Origin: Amoebophrya sp. A120
Lineage: Eukaryota > Protista > Dinoflagellata
Length of the DNA stretch: 64,000 bases
Assembly: GCA_905178155.1 (NCBI GenBank)
Contig: CAJINV010000008.1
Coordinates: 1,612,001-1,676,000, forward strand
Direction: 5' to 3'
Shown: positions 36,808-48,980 of the stretch, piece after piece
Layout of the letters: every line of letters begins with the position of its first letter
How positions within the stretch are numbered: position 1 is the stretch's first letter
Notes under the pieces: generated by a model
What the model saw: only the letters and a program-made list of their open reading frames with translations
Told to the model about the DNA's origin: nothing
Database searches by the model: none
Position numbers and translations under genes: made by a program

Positions 36808-39144
36808 TCAGATCAACGGCGGTGCTGCAGAGGTCGTGACGTTGTTGAGAGCCTTCCACAATATTCTTTTGCCGCCGTGTGCGACCAGGTTGCGCCAGCT
36901 CCAGCGCTGAGGGTTGAACGCAAATCGGTTCATCCACCCGTCGGTCTTCTTGTTCCCCAACACAAACTGCCGGTGCTCCATGGCAACCAATATGCCGGGC
37001 CGCGTTCCAAACTCTTGCACAAACGCCAGGCATGTCGCTGAGGGCTTTCTTGCAGCGCCGGGTGGAAGGCCAGGAGGCCGGTCCTGCGTACTTCTAGCTT
37101 GTTCATCTTTCAAACTCTCCCGGTCTCGACCACTGGGTTGATCTATCTCCTGTTGTCCGTTTCGACCTGGCGCCAGAGTGGGAGGACACAAAGCAGCACC
37201 AGTGAGAGCACCCTGTGTCAGTTCGTATCCCTCGCGGACGGATGCAAAGTCCGGAGTTTCAACTTGTGTACTGCTCCTGGCAGCTTCGACCGGTTTCCGA
37301 AACAGGAGTCCGCCATCGTCAATTGGTTCGTCGAAAAAGATCTGCCTAGCTTTATCGACAAGAGCATGAATCACCTCGTTCCCTCTCTCCCTCGTCGTGG
37401 CGTCTTTCGCAGAATAAAGCGACGTGCGTGTCGAAGGTGGCTGAGGATTTTCTACCGATCTGCCCGTAAAGTTCGCATCTTTTTCATCTCCAGCGCTGAG
37501 GGTGGACATCCGGTGTTTATTCTTTTCTTCCAGCGCTCCTCCTGCAAAAGGTAGCTCCTTGAGGCCCGGAAGTAGGACGTACTCGCCATAAGGGCCCAAA
37601 CCAGTGTGCACGTCGATCCAAACCCTGTCGCGGTCTTCCATTTCTGCAAAAGTGTTCATGAGATACTGCAGGATTCGCACACTGGGTTCCCACTTCCCCG
37701 GAACGCCGCCGTACCAAAGTGCGGTTGGGCGATGATATTGCGCAGCGACCAAGGCACGCTTCAGCTTGGCGTATCCGCGACCGAAAAGCAACTCTTTGCC
37801 TGCGTTGAAAACGCATCGGAGGAAGACGGCAATTTCCTGAAGCGCCGGGAGGAGGTTCAGCTCGCTCGCTCGGCTATAATATGCTTGTTCGGGAGGTGCA
37901 GCTGCCCCTATTCCAGACGGCTGCTCGTGCTGCAGTGAGGCCGCTTTACCACTGCTTCCGCTACTAACGTGATCATCTTCGTCGAGGAGTATTTTTGACG
38001 TGGTGTCCGCCACTGCCGTTTTGTCGTAGGGATTCAGAATGTAGTCCAAGTCCTCGTATCCAGCAATGTTGGGGTCTCGGCTGCGTACTTGTACGGCCTC
38101 TTCGCGCGACAGTGCGTTCCGCATCAGATCAACGTTGTTTTCGTTAAAGCGGCGGTAGTGACGCATGCCAAAGGGGTTGATGCAGTGCACCAGAAGAATC
38201 TTGCGGATTTTCGCATTCGATCTTCTTGCTCGCGCCGAGCCTGTATCCGCATCGTCCAGAAGATCTTGTTGCACATCAGCGCCCTTTTCGTGCAAGTCAG
38301 GACTTTCTCCTTGTGGCACAAAACTACCTCTCGCGGATGAGGAGCCAACGACGATCTCGCGCAAGAGCTCCTGCAAAAATTGGACTTGAATGGCAGATCC
38401 GGCATAAGCCTCGGCGCCGTGCGTACCACTTGAATGGATTACGTCGTGGATTTCCTGGTCACGACGACCAGAAGGAGCGCCATTTAGATTTGCTTTCGAT
38501 GGTGATGCGTCCGGTCCGTCGCTGTTGCTGGTGTGATTGTCTTTCGTTGCTCCATCACTGGATGCAGGATTCGACTCAACGACATCCACCGACCCCGTCG
38601 CTACCGTAAGCACCACTGCGTCCACCGTGTTCGCGGCAGCGCGCTCGCGGTCGTTGAAGCCATCAATCAGCTTGATCTTTTTCCCATCACCACTTCTTGC
38701 GTTATTCTCGTCATGGACGTCGACGCTTGCAAATTTGATACTTTCTACTCGAGATCCACCCAAAAGCTTCGCCAAGGCTCGGTTCCTTGCTTCTACTCTC
38801 TTCTGTCGGCTAATTTTGATTGAGGTGTTCTCTGCGCTTCTACTGGTTTGAGCGTGGTGGGCCCCAATGTCGCCCTGTGGAAGCACCTGATCGCGCAGCG
38901 TGACACCGAGAATGCGGAACTTTTCTCGCGCCTCTGTGTACGAGCGGCTCCAGTAGCAGGCTTCCGGCGTAGGCCAGGAAACGATGGAAGCTGCCGAGTG
39001 GAGCGGACAATGCCACGTGATGGTAAGTCCGAAAGCATCTTCGTCAATAACATAACAATAGAAAAAAATTGCCGCAATGGCCACAAAAACGTAATATTTG
39101 GCACCCAGCATGCTTGCCGCGGAGATCCTGTGCTCGGTCAACAC
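36808..39144 (-). CDS. DUF2817 / M14-like zinc carboxypeptidase-fold protein with N-terminal TM anchor, single exon
   Basis: SYTEAREKF, SGTHGAEAYAGSAIQ, VHCINPFG..RRFNENNVDL.RN, WIDVHTGLGPYG, QEFGT. Confidence 0.8.
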   Translation of the reverse strand: MLTEHRISAASMLGAKYYVFVAIAAIFFYCYVIDEDAFGLTITWHCPLHSAASIVSWPTPEACYWSRSYTEAREKFRILGVTLRDQVLPQGDIGAHHAQTSRSAENTSIKISRQKRVEARNRALAKLLGGSRVESIKFASVDVHDENNARSGDGKKIKLIDGFNDRERAAANTVDAVVLTVATGSVDVVESNPASSDGATKDNHTSNSDGPDASPSKANLNGAPSGRRDQEIHDVIHSSGTHGAEAYAGSAIQVQFLQELLREIVVGSSSARGSFVPQGESPDLHEKGADVQQDLLDDADTGSARARRSNAKIRKILLVHCINPFGMRHYRRFNENNVDLMRNALSREEAVQVRSRDPNIAGYEDLDYILNPYDKTAVADTTSKILLDEDDHVSSGSSGKAASLQHEQPSGIGAAAPPEQAYYSRASELNLLPALQEIAVFLRCVFNAGKELLFGRGYAKLKRALVAAQYHRPTALWYGGVPGKWEPSVRILQYLMNTFAEMEDRDRVWIDVHTGLGPYGEYVLLPGLKELPFAGGALEEKNKHRMSTLSAGDEKDANFTGRSVENPQPPSTRTSLYSAKDATTRERGNEVIHALVDKARQIFFDEPIDDGGLLFRKPVEAARSSTQVETPDFASVREGYELTQGALTGAALCPPTLAPGRNGQQEIDQPSGRDRESLKDEQARSTQDRPPGLPPGAARKPSATCLAFVQEFGTRPGILVAMEHRQFVLGNKKTDGWMNRFAFNPQRWSWRNLVAHGGKRILWKALNNVTTSAAPPLI

Positions 39145-39555
39145 CCTGCACCATCAACAAACTATTTCTATTGGGTGAAAGTGCACAAAAACCTGATGCT
39201 GATACTTCGCTGTGACACCAGGTTGCGCTAAAACAACAACATCAACATCACCGAGTGTCAAAAACACAATCAGAAAAACAAGCTGCATCGTACGGGCCGG
39301 TCGTCAAGCGAAATTCGTACAAATCCGAAACCGTACGAACTTTTTCTTTGTATTTAATCCGTACTTAGTGTGATCGCGTCGGTGCTGTAAAACATGTCTC
39401 GTTTGTTCTGATTTGTTGCAGCTGATTCATCTGACTGTTTTTTGACAGAATTTGAATTCTTGGGATGGTCCGATTCTGAACATCGATAACACTGTCAAGT
39501 AGAGTCTCCATACCACAAAACAAAGTCTGCATGTGACTCGACGGGGTCTCGGATT

Positions 39556-42500
39556 TCACTGCAAATTTTCTCCGTACGAGATGAGTTCCTCGAGCGAAGA
39601 CTTTTGCTGCGCGCCAGCTGCACTTGCACCGTGACTCTGACCTCCGAAAGGGTCCTTGTAGGTTCTTTCTAGGGAGTCGCTATCAACGAGCTTCGAGTCT
39701 GCCGCCAGGGATTTTTCGAACATGCTGCGCCGGTTTAGCGTCTGCCGGTCTTCCACACGGGGCGAGCTTTGCAGCATTGGCGTGCCGCCATTCGCGGTCG
39801 TGGTAACCGGGAAGTTCATGAGATTTTGGAAATCCAAATTGTTTTGATTCACGCCGGCACCGTAGCGGCCAGGCGGTACGCCAAACTGATTGAAACCGCC
39901 TGCTGCACCATTGATGTTGTTGTGCAGGCGGGAGAACTGAAAGGACGACAAGTCGCCGGCGCTGCCGCTCGCGAAGGGATTCAAAGTCGGTCCCAGACCG
40001 CCGCTCGAACTGGCGTAGTGACTCGAAAAACTTCCGCCCGGTCGCCCCCCTGCAGCTCCCGCGTTGCTGCTCAGCAGGTTGAAGTTTGGCGGCGGCTTTC
40101 CGCGTTGCTGGATCAGGGCCTCCTTCAGACCCTTCAGCTCGTCCGCCTTCTCCTCCAGCTTTTGGTCGCGCAGCTCGTGCACCACTTTGCGCGCCTCATC
40201 CCGCTGCGCCCGAAGCTCCTGCACCTGAGTTTCCAGATGCTTCACGAAACTCTGCTGCTGCGCCATCATCTCGGTGATGATGTGCGAAGTTTCCTCCGTG
40301 TGGGTGTCCAAGATCGTGTTCAGCTTCGTGCCGGGCGTGCGTGCGCTCAAAGGTTCCACCACCTGCTGAAGACGTTCTGCTGGTTGTTGTACCCGCTGCT
40401 GATCAACATGTTGTACATTGTGGCTGTACCCGGACATCACCGGACTTCCTCGCTGTTCCAACACGACCCTTGGTGTCCTCGTGGCGCTCACTTCTGCCTG
40501 GCCTGGGGGCACGACGATCCGCGCGCTGTTCATCTGACTGCGTGGGGTTTTCTTCGTGCTGATCTCGGACCGGTCATTTTTCGACTCGGTGAGCAGCTGG
40601 AGGGAAGACTGTGGCTGTTGACTCACCATATTACCGGCTGAACGGTCCTCCGCCTCCGCGATGGCTGACTCGTCAAACATCGGCGGTCGCGCGCGCCGCA
40701 CCTCCTCCTCGTACCGGAGACGTTCTGCCTCGATTTCGCGGCGCACGCGCTCCTCCTCGCGTCTCTCCGCTTCCAGCTCGCGCTGTCGTGCCTCCTCCCG
40801 GCTCCTCGTCTGCTCGGCCATTTGGGCCTCGAGATCGCGGCGCTGCTGGGCGATCCGCTCGCGCTTTCGGGCATTTTCCTCTTCCTTCGTGGTAGTTCCC
40901 TGGTAAAGCAGAGATCCGTTGTGGACTGCCGAGGTGTCTCGGTCTGGCGGACCAGCCGCAGCTGAATGTTGTTGAGTGAAGAAGCGTAAAAACGGTATTC
41001 CCCGTCGTAACCAACTACAGCATTTTTACAGTTGTTTACTTAGCTGCTAACTTTATTCGTAGACGTAGTCATCTAGGGCGCGCACTACCGACATTGATGA
41101 TTACAATTGTCATCATCGTCATCATGTTAGTGCTTGTCCTGTGAAAGTTTCTGTCGTTCTGTTCTCTTTCATTTCTTCTTGGACGTGCACGCGAACATCG
41201 TGCTTTCGACATTTCGGTGTCATTCTACAGTCCAGGTTTCATCCTGGTTGCGATAGAAAGCCACCCCCGCGACGTACTTCACTTCTCTTCCACTGTTTTC
41301 ACAGAAGTCGTCGCCGCACGCCTCGAACAGCACCTCTGGGTCACATTCTAGTTGCCACGCACCTTCCCGTGCGCCGGGCACTCTGCGCCAGCGCTTGCCG
41401 CTAATCTTCGATGAGATTTCCTGCCTTTTTTCCTCTTCTTCCGCTCGTTGTTGCTGGATTCTTTTTCTCTGTTCCGCGTTCCTTGCTTCCATTTTTGGCG
41501 TTACTGTTTTTACTTTCCTCTGCCGGTCTGCTCTCTCTGTGGCCACAATTGTGGTCAAAGATAATATAGTAAATGGTGGCAGGAAAAACAACGTGCGACA
41601 TTGTAAATGTTCCAGTTTTATTGCATTGCGTCTCAGTTACAATTCGATTCTACTAGGTCGACATCATGAAAATGAATGTCAAGTCAATACAGAAAAAGCT
41701 GCTTTCTAGGTGCTGGATATTTTTCGCTCTGCCACCCGCGCCCGCACCCACTCTGTTGTTCATCCCACTGTCATAGTCACCTCTGAAAACACCCGAGTGG
41801 TCTGCGCCGTCAACCCCACGACCTTCGTCAAAACTTACCTTTGGCTGGCTTGCGCGCGCCGCTGGCCCGCGCGGATTGTCGCTGAGGCGGTTTTGATAGT
41901 TGCTGGCGTTCACGTCGAGCAGCTTTTGCCTGCGGTCGTCCTCCAATCTATCCAAGGCGGCCTTCTCCTCTGCCACGGCGCGCCGGATCTTTTCCTCCTC
42001 CGCAAGGTCTTCCGCCTGCTTCCGGCGGTTCTCCTCCTCCTTCCGCCGCCTCTTCTCCTCGATCTGTTTCGCCAGCTCAGCCTGGTACTGAACCGCCTTT
42101 AGCCGCTTCGCGTCCATCTGCTTTTCCTGGAGCGGGTCGACGAGCACCTGCTTGTTGTAGTTGGGCACAACTACATTGTTCTGGTGAAGGTCTGCTACCA
42201 CCGGCCCGGCCATTGCCTCGTGGGTGGACGCAGACGTCGCAAAGGGCGGCGCGGACGCTTTGTGCGGGGAGCCGGAGTGTCGCCGCTGCCTCAGCAGGTC
42301 CTGTTCCGCGCGAGACGCGAAGGCCTTCACCTTTTCCGGCGACTCAAGCAGCGGGTTCTTGAACATGTGAAGACTTTTGTTGTTTTCCTTCGCGTCCTTC
42401 ATTAACAGCAAAGCCCGGTTGTATTCCGCACACTCGTCCCGAAGTTCCTGCCGGCGGCGCTCTTCGGCGGATACTGTAGGCACCGTGCCGGCGGGAGCCA

Positions 42501-45500
42501 TCGCGATCGGGTTCCGCCGCGCCTCTTGAAACCGCGAAGGGCTGCGGCCGTGGTCGCCGGCTGCATTTATGCTGGTATTCGTTGCAGTTGCAACTCTAAT
42601 GTTGTTCTGCGCGCCGTAAACATCCTGCTCCACGCCTCGCTGTGGATCTTCAGCCCCTGGCTCGCCAGATCGGGGGAGCTGCTGCGGTGCGGTGCGCTGC
42701 AACTTGTCGCCGGGCTCGAAGCCGGGTGGTACGGCGTTTTGCGGCTGGGCCTGCGGCGAAATGGCGTTGTAAAAGGTGAGCAGGTCGCGGCCTCGCTGTG
42801 CGAATGACTCTTGCATCGCAGTGTTCAGATCTGGATGGCGCCGGTTGAAGGCGTCGTCCGCCCCCGCATGCTCATCCTGCATCCGATCGGAGAGAAGGAG
42901 GTGCTTCTTGTCGTAGAGGTCGTCAGCCATCTTTGCCGCGTCGGGACCTGGGCGACGTGTTGGGAGTTTATTGTGAACAACGCAATGGCACTCGAGATGA
43001 AAGCGGTCTCACTAAACTGATCATGGTCATGTTCATGGAAGAACCGCAGAACTACAACGATGGTCGTCAGACCCACCACCTACACGCACAGCGGAGCCTG
43101 CTGGATAATTATGCTGCAAAACCCGAACAAGAAAAATTTAAATTGCTACCACCTCCCCGCACGAGCGCCTTTTGATACAGCTCCTCCAGCTCCTGCATGC
43201 GCTTCTCTTGCACTTGAGGGTCGTACCGAGATCGGCTGCCTGTGGAAGCGGTTCTGCCGCGGAAGGACGGGTCTCCAGACAGGCCGTCGCCCCTACCACG
43301 TTCGACGGTCGTTACTCCCCCGATCGGTACCGCCGACGGAGCAGGTTGTGGCGGAGAGAGCGAAACTCCAGGTCGCGAAACGGCGTCGGTGGCATCCCTG
43401 CCAGGAGCCTGTACTACATCGCGATGTTCATCCGACGAGCGCACCATATTCAAAGCGTCTTGCAGCGGATGTCTCTGCGGCCCCGATCCCCCGAGCTGCC
43501 CCCGACGAGCAGCAGGGCTGTATTGTCCGTGGAGCGGGGAGAGTTTTGCATTGATCGTCGAAATGGTCTTCTGGTAGTCGTCGACGACCTGTTGGTCGGT
43601 GACGGTTGCGGGATTCGAGTTCATCGACGCCGTGCGTTGGTATTCCTCCTCCAGAAACTTATTCTGCGCGGCCACGTGCTTCTGCTCGATCATCCGTTTG
43701 TTGTACGCCGCCGCCGCAACTTCAGCCGCGTGCCGCTTGGCCTGAGCCTCGGCCGCGAGCGCGCCCGCAGTAGTAGTGGACGATCCCTTCGGGGGAGCTT
43801 GTGCGGAAGTGCCGTCGCAGTCGTTCGCTCCCGGGTGCTGTGGCGGACTCGAAGCTACCATCTCAGCGCTTTTCTGCAAAGCCATTCTGCGATTGAAATC
43901 CGCTGCCAGAATGGCTTGCTCGCGTTTACGAACGCGCTCTTCAGCTTCTCGATCCTTCAAGAGCAAGCCGTCCCCGCGTGCGGTGATATGCTCGACGTCG
44001 TAGTCCCTGCTCTTATCGACAACATCCGTTGTGATAGCCGCCGCGCTCTGGTCGGCAGCCCTCGGGGGCTTGTATGCGACTTTATCCGCGGGAACGAAGG
44101 GATTTGAGCTTTCCTGCATGGGACGAGGGCTACTTGCTGATGCCTCTTCCAGCATGGCGAGTTGCCGATTCAGCATCTCCATTTTGTTGTAGTTCGCGGT
44201 CAACTGCGCAAGCCGTTTCCGCTCCGCTGCAGTCTCTTCCGCACGATCGGGCAGAAAACTGCCTCCCGCAGCAGCAGCAGCAGCAGCATGTGGCAGACTC
44301 GAAGGCACAAGACCTACACCTGCTGACAGGTCCCCTCCACTGGTGTCGCCCGTTCTCCTCGGGTTAGCGGCGCTCGCAGGAGGCTGCAGCGGCTGCGCTT
44401 CGTGGTCCGCGAAGTACCCAAGCGATGCTGTTCCAATCTGCAGATCAGGCGGAGACGGAGTTGCTGCGTTGAAAGCACCAGGGTTCTCTTCAGCATCTAC
44501 AGTAGCTTTCTTCAGTATTCCAGCAACATCCACGTGCGGATTCAGCTCGGGCACGACAGCTTCCTCATTAGCCTCAGGCTCAGCGGGTCCGTCATCTGCA
44601 TTGATGTAGGAGCTCCGCCGGTCCAAATGTTCCACTATAGCTGCGGCGCTGCCTCCCGTCGCAATGCTTTTCGCTGCCGCCTGCTGAGGAGCGGCACTTT
44701 CAACTCCAGTGATGGGGTTCACGTCCTTCGACGGTAGCGGCTGGCCGCGCTGCGCCTTTTTCTGAAGTTGATTGAAGCTTGCTACCTCTTGAGCCATCTC
44801 CTTGCGGCGACGCGCGTAATCGTCGCTGGCTCCACCGATTCCGAAAGCGGTTTCTTCTTTCTGAATCCGGGCATCGCCGCTGCTGGATGAAGATGATCCT
44901 CCATTCGCGAATCTCTTGTTCGTCGTCGAGAGATCTGCTTCATCCCGCATTTTGTACTCCTGTGCTAGCTGCTCCTCGCGCTGCCGCGCAAGCTGGGCAT
45001 TGTAGTCAGCAGTCATGCGAGCGCGCTTGCGCCGGTTCGCAACTTCCGTTGCCCCCTCGAGGCTCGCACTGGGGAACGCAAGACCGATGTTATTGCGCTC
45101 ATCCACTGCTTCTGTCGTTTCAGAGGTACCTACTTCAGCACCTGTGCGACTGCCTCTCTCTCTGTTTTGGTTTGTCGCTTCCTTATTTTCGTCCGTGTGC
45201 TGTGCTGGAAATATCGGTGACGTCTTTACAATCTTTGCAGGACCTGGCGGCGCTACGCTTCCTGCGTTTCTGGCATCATGATCTCCACTATCGTACTCGT
45301 CCAGGCTGACTCGCTCCTTTCCATTTATTCGCCCCGAAGAGTTATGGCCCACCTCTGCTGAAATTGAAAACGATTCCAGGTTGGTCCGGTTTAGTGGGGA
45401 GCTCTGACTGCGCAAGTCCATCTTATTATCGACCGAATAGGAGTGATCCGAAGCAGTTACATTGAACTTTTGATCTTCCGACGCAGCCGCGTCCCCGTCC

Positions 45501-46874
45501 TGAAAGCGGACGCTGCGCTGAAACGGTTCGCTCTTCCTGCTTTTCTCATCCGACCGGGTGGCTTGTGCTTCTTTTTTCTCCGAAGAAGTGTCGTTTCCAG
45601 CACTGGGATTTGCGTCGTTAGTTGTAGTACCAGGAGCGCTCTCCTGGACAAACTTCTGCTTTTCCGTTTTCAAGCGCCATATATCAAAAGAAAAAACTGT
45701 TTCACTGTAAACTTGTAATGCAGAAACTGTATCTGAGAAGTGTTTGTCTTGCTACACATGCAAATCACTAGATTTTTAGCTGTGTTTTCCCTTAGGAATC
45801 TCGCATGGCAAATTTTCTCTGTGATGTAGAGCAAACTTGTGATGCAAAACTTGCAAAATCCTTACAGTGAAACACTTTTTTCGTACGATACCATACCTCC
45901 AGCAAGTATTCGTCCGGCAGCTTGGGATACTGGGAGCGAAAATTTTCGTAGTCTTTTATCAAAAGGAAAAATCCCCCCTCCCCATATTGAAAACGTATCC
46001 GTGTGAAAATTTGTGATGCGCATTTGTGACCTCAAATCATGTCTGTCTTGCAAGAAGGCAACTCCAGAGAGCGCCCCGCATTTTGCAGGCGGTTTGTGAT
46101 GCTGTTGGGCTTAGAGCATACACGTTTGTCATGCTAGGCGCTTACGTCAAAACCTCTCGACTGAGGCTTGACATATGCCTGCAATCCTCTATTGCAAGAC
46201 AAATCTGATTTGCGTACGGAAATCCAGCATCAGAAACTTCGTTTCGATATGGGGAGGGGGGATTTTTCCTCACAATATCTTTGCGCAGCCGCTCTTTCAA
46301 CACCCTGTAGAAGTGCAGGTATACTTACATTTTTTCCGTTCTTGTTTGCTATATTGCAGCTATCATAAACTAAGAAGCTGCTCAGTACGACTACGAGTGC
46401 AGCTCCAACACTTCTCACAACGCCGTAGTAAGAGCACCAATTTTTTGAAAATGTCTACGCCTACGTGTACACATCCAAGAATTCCTTTTTGAGTTTTTAC
46501 GCAGGAGGAGTTCACAACTGCGCTGCTCGTCTTTACCTTTGACTCATGGCGGAGCTGTCCGGGGGCTTCTGGGGAGAAAGCAAAGACATGTCGGTCTCGG
46601 ATGGCGGTACGTTACCAGCGCCTGCCGTAGAAGTTCCACCCGAGGCGGTCGCTTTTGATGGCGATGCGGGCTTGGTTGTCTTCGGTGCCTTGATAAGAGA
46701 CGGAACGAGTAGTCCGTTGCCTGCGGAAATGGGTTTTTCTGGCGGTACTTTCTCTCCGACCTCACCTCCATAGCCACCGGCCGCGCCGCTAAAGACTTCA
46801 CCCCCACGGCGGGCTCGGCGTTCCTGGTCCCGCAGTGCGAGCCTCCTCGCACGCTCTTTCGCGGTCTCGTCCAT
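39556..46874 (-). CDS. Large coiled-coil protein with CCDC66/CSPP1-like motifs (putative centrosomal/ciliary); at least 7 exons
   Basis: YQAELAKQIEEKRRRKEEE and RRDLEAQMAE..REE motifs. GT-AG intron 46305-46537 and introners 45957, 45682 and 42969 all join in frame. Introns at ~41.5-41.7 kb and ~40.9-41.4 kb are unresolved, so a single gene is inferred. Confidence 0.6.
42969..43177. mobile_element. Relic introner (209 bp), TSD GAGTT/CAGCT
   Basis: Ends TATTGTGA..GGCACTCGAG / rc TATCAAAAGGCGCTCGTG. Element+5 removal gives QELEEL|PTRRPGPDAAKMADD in frame. Confidence 0.7.
45682..45890. mobile_element. Introner (209 bp), perfect TSD CCATA
   Basis: TATCAAAAGAAAAAACTGTTTCACTGTAA vs rc TATCGTACGAAAAAAGTGTTTCACTGTAA. 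Join reads LLEVW|RLKTEKQK. Confidence 0.92.
45957..46277. mobile_element. Introner (321 bp) with C-run TIR, perfect TSD TCTTT
   Basis: TATCAAAAGGAAAAATCCCCCCTCCCCATATTGAAA vs rc TATTGTGAGGAAAAATCCCCCCTCCCCATATCGAAA. Join reads ERLRKD|YENFRSQ. Confidence 0.92.
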
Positions 46875-47603
46875 AGTGCGAATGTCGTCGAGGTGACCGC
46901 AGTGGTAGAACGAAGTGATTACTTCTTGATATTACAGTACCTCATTTTTCCGCTACACCGATTTTTCATCTGCAAGTACTTGAACAGAACGCGCGGCGTC
47001 ATCTAGATCTTGCGGAGACCACCGAAATAATCGATGCAGCAAGGGGTCTCGTCGTTCCACACCCACGCGACATTGATTGTTCCTTCGCGGTTCAAGTATG
47101 ATCTTGGACTTGAGTCGATAGACTCGGCGTTTTTGTTCAAACTACTCAATCCCTAAACCAAAATTATAACTAAAGGAAAGTGAGGGAGCGCCTGCTGATT
47201 TGCTGTTCTCCTCTTGTTGCGACTGCTTGGTGTTTGACGCCAGACACTAAAGTAAATTCCTCGTCCTCCTTCTCAGCTTCAGTTGTTCGTTATTTGAAAT
47301 GCTGTTTTTACCAGGACGACGGACACGGAGTTCAAGAGAGAGCAAGAGACCACCGACTCCGACGGAAATCGAAATTATAACAAGAACACCTCCGCAGAGG
47401 CGCCTGCATCAGGCATCCGAAAGACGCAAATCAAAAGAGTTGGGAGACGGAGGAACATCAACAGCAAGTTCGCCTTCGCTGCTCCAGCATTTTCGAGGCA
47501 ATCATTCATGTTCGCAGAACCACAGCAGGGGCTACGAGTTCGACTTCGATGACACGTCGATACACTATAGGTTACCGGTGCTTGTTGGTAAAATAAAACT
47601 TCT

Positions 47604-48914
47604 TCACATACACACACAATTGCTGTCTTCCTCACTAGTTGCGGAATTCGGATTCGCACTGCCCGAACTCGAGCCTTGCGCAACCCCTCGATTTTGTTTG
47701 TACTGCTGTTTCCGCAACTCGCGCAACTCTGCAAGCTTGTCTGCTTCAGACATCGTCTTTGCGCCGGCTTTGACAGCGGGTGCAGCCGATCCTCCAGCTG
47801 GTTGCTGCATTCCCGCAACCGCAGCGGGAGTAGATTGATTTTGCTGATGCTGAGGACCTCGCCCAGCGAGCGGTCCTTGAAAAGTCGTCTCTGGAGGCGG
47901 CGCTGCTCTCGAACTTGCGGCGATATTGGAGGTGATTGCAGCTGCCACTGCGGACCCCCTTTCGTTTCTGTTCTGGCTCACTTGCGTTGCGGTCGCGGCC
48001 GCTGATACCGAATCTTCCGCAGCGCTCGCTTTGAGTCTTACCGGCGGCAAAAAGTCGTCACGAACATTCTCGGGAGTGGCGTCGCTACTGGTTGTTCCAA
48101 CACTTCCTCGCGGTACTAGCGCACCATTGCTTGGTGCGCTCGCTCCGGTCGGCATAACTGCTCCTCCCTGAGGCCGCATAGTTTCCTTGGACGATGAAGC
48201 CACGAGTGTGGATTTGCTTGCGAGGAGCAGCGTGTCCTCGGCCTTTTCCCGAAACTCCGACAGCCGACTTTTCCATTGCTGAAACACGCGCGCTACCCGG
48301 GGAACTTTCTTCACCGGCAGGGTTAGCCCTACGGAGGGGTCCGCCACAAAGCCTAGGACGGTTAGGATTCGCATCATGGGAATCGAGGTGAAAATCAGTC
48401 GCTTCAGCGTCTCGTTGCTGCGCTTCAGAAACCGGTACTTGTCGTCCTGCTTTTTCACCACATTCGTGAACACCTTCTCTAGCAAGTCCCATTGCTCGTC
48501 GCTGATTTTCTGGGCCGTCTTCGTGGCGCCGTATTTGCTCGTGAGGTCGGTGAAAAACTCAAAGCACGGGTGCTCATCCTCGTAGCGGTGCTTGAAACAC
48601 GTGGTCTGCTCGCAAATGTCACACTGCACAGCCTTCTCTGGAATCAGCTTCTGCTTGCATGCCACGCAGAACAGGCGCGGCGCCGAGGTGGACGAGCTGC
48701 TGCCTCCGTCTGTGAGTCTTTTTGGCGGCTGTTCTGTTGTAGTGTACAGGTCGTGCTGCTCCTCATCCATTCCTCCATTGGCTTCGTCTAGTATGGCGTG
48801 TCTTCGATTTCGGAAGCAACTTTCGCAAAACACCTTGTCGCCGCACTTCTGTGGCAGAAAATCCTGTTGGCCACAAATGCTACAGAATGCTCCAACGTCG
48901 GAAAATTCCGCCAT
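47604..48914 (-). CDS. AN1-type zinc-finger protein (ZFAND1/2-like) with PUB-like domain and C-terminal CaaX
   Basis: MAEFSDVGAFCSICGQQDFLP; CVAC..CDICEQTTCFKHRYEDEHPC; NVVK..DDKYRFLKRSN..ILTVLGF; terminal CVCM. Confidence 0.8.
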   Translation of the reverse strand: MAEFSDVGAFCSICGQQDFLPQKCGDKVFCESCFRNRRHAILDEANGGMDEEQHDLYTTTEQPPKRLTDGGSSSSTSAPRLFCVACKQKLIPEKAVQCDICEQTTCFKHRYEDEHPCFEFFTDLTSKYGATKTAQKISDEQWDLLEKVFTNVVKKQDDKYRFLKRSNETLKRLIFTSIPMMRILTVLGFVADPSVGLTLPVKKVPRVARVFQQWKSRLSEFREKAEDTLLLASKSTLVASSSKETMRPQGGAVMPTGASAPSNGALVPRGSVGTTSSDATPENVRDDFLPPVRLKASAAEDSVSAAATATQVSQNRNERGSAVAAAITSNIAASSRAAPPPETTFQGPLAGRGPQHQQNQSTPAAVAGMQQPAGGSAAPAVKAGAKTMSEADKLAELRELRKQQYKQNRGVAQGSSSGSANPNSATSEEDSNCVCM

Positions 48915-48980
48915 TCTTTCTCTGGTGGGTTGGAAGTGCTCTCCACGTAGTTCTTCGCCGCGACCGTGATGCTGATGTTC

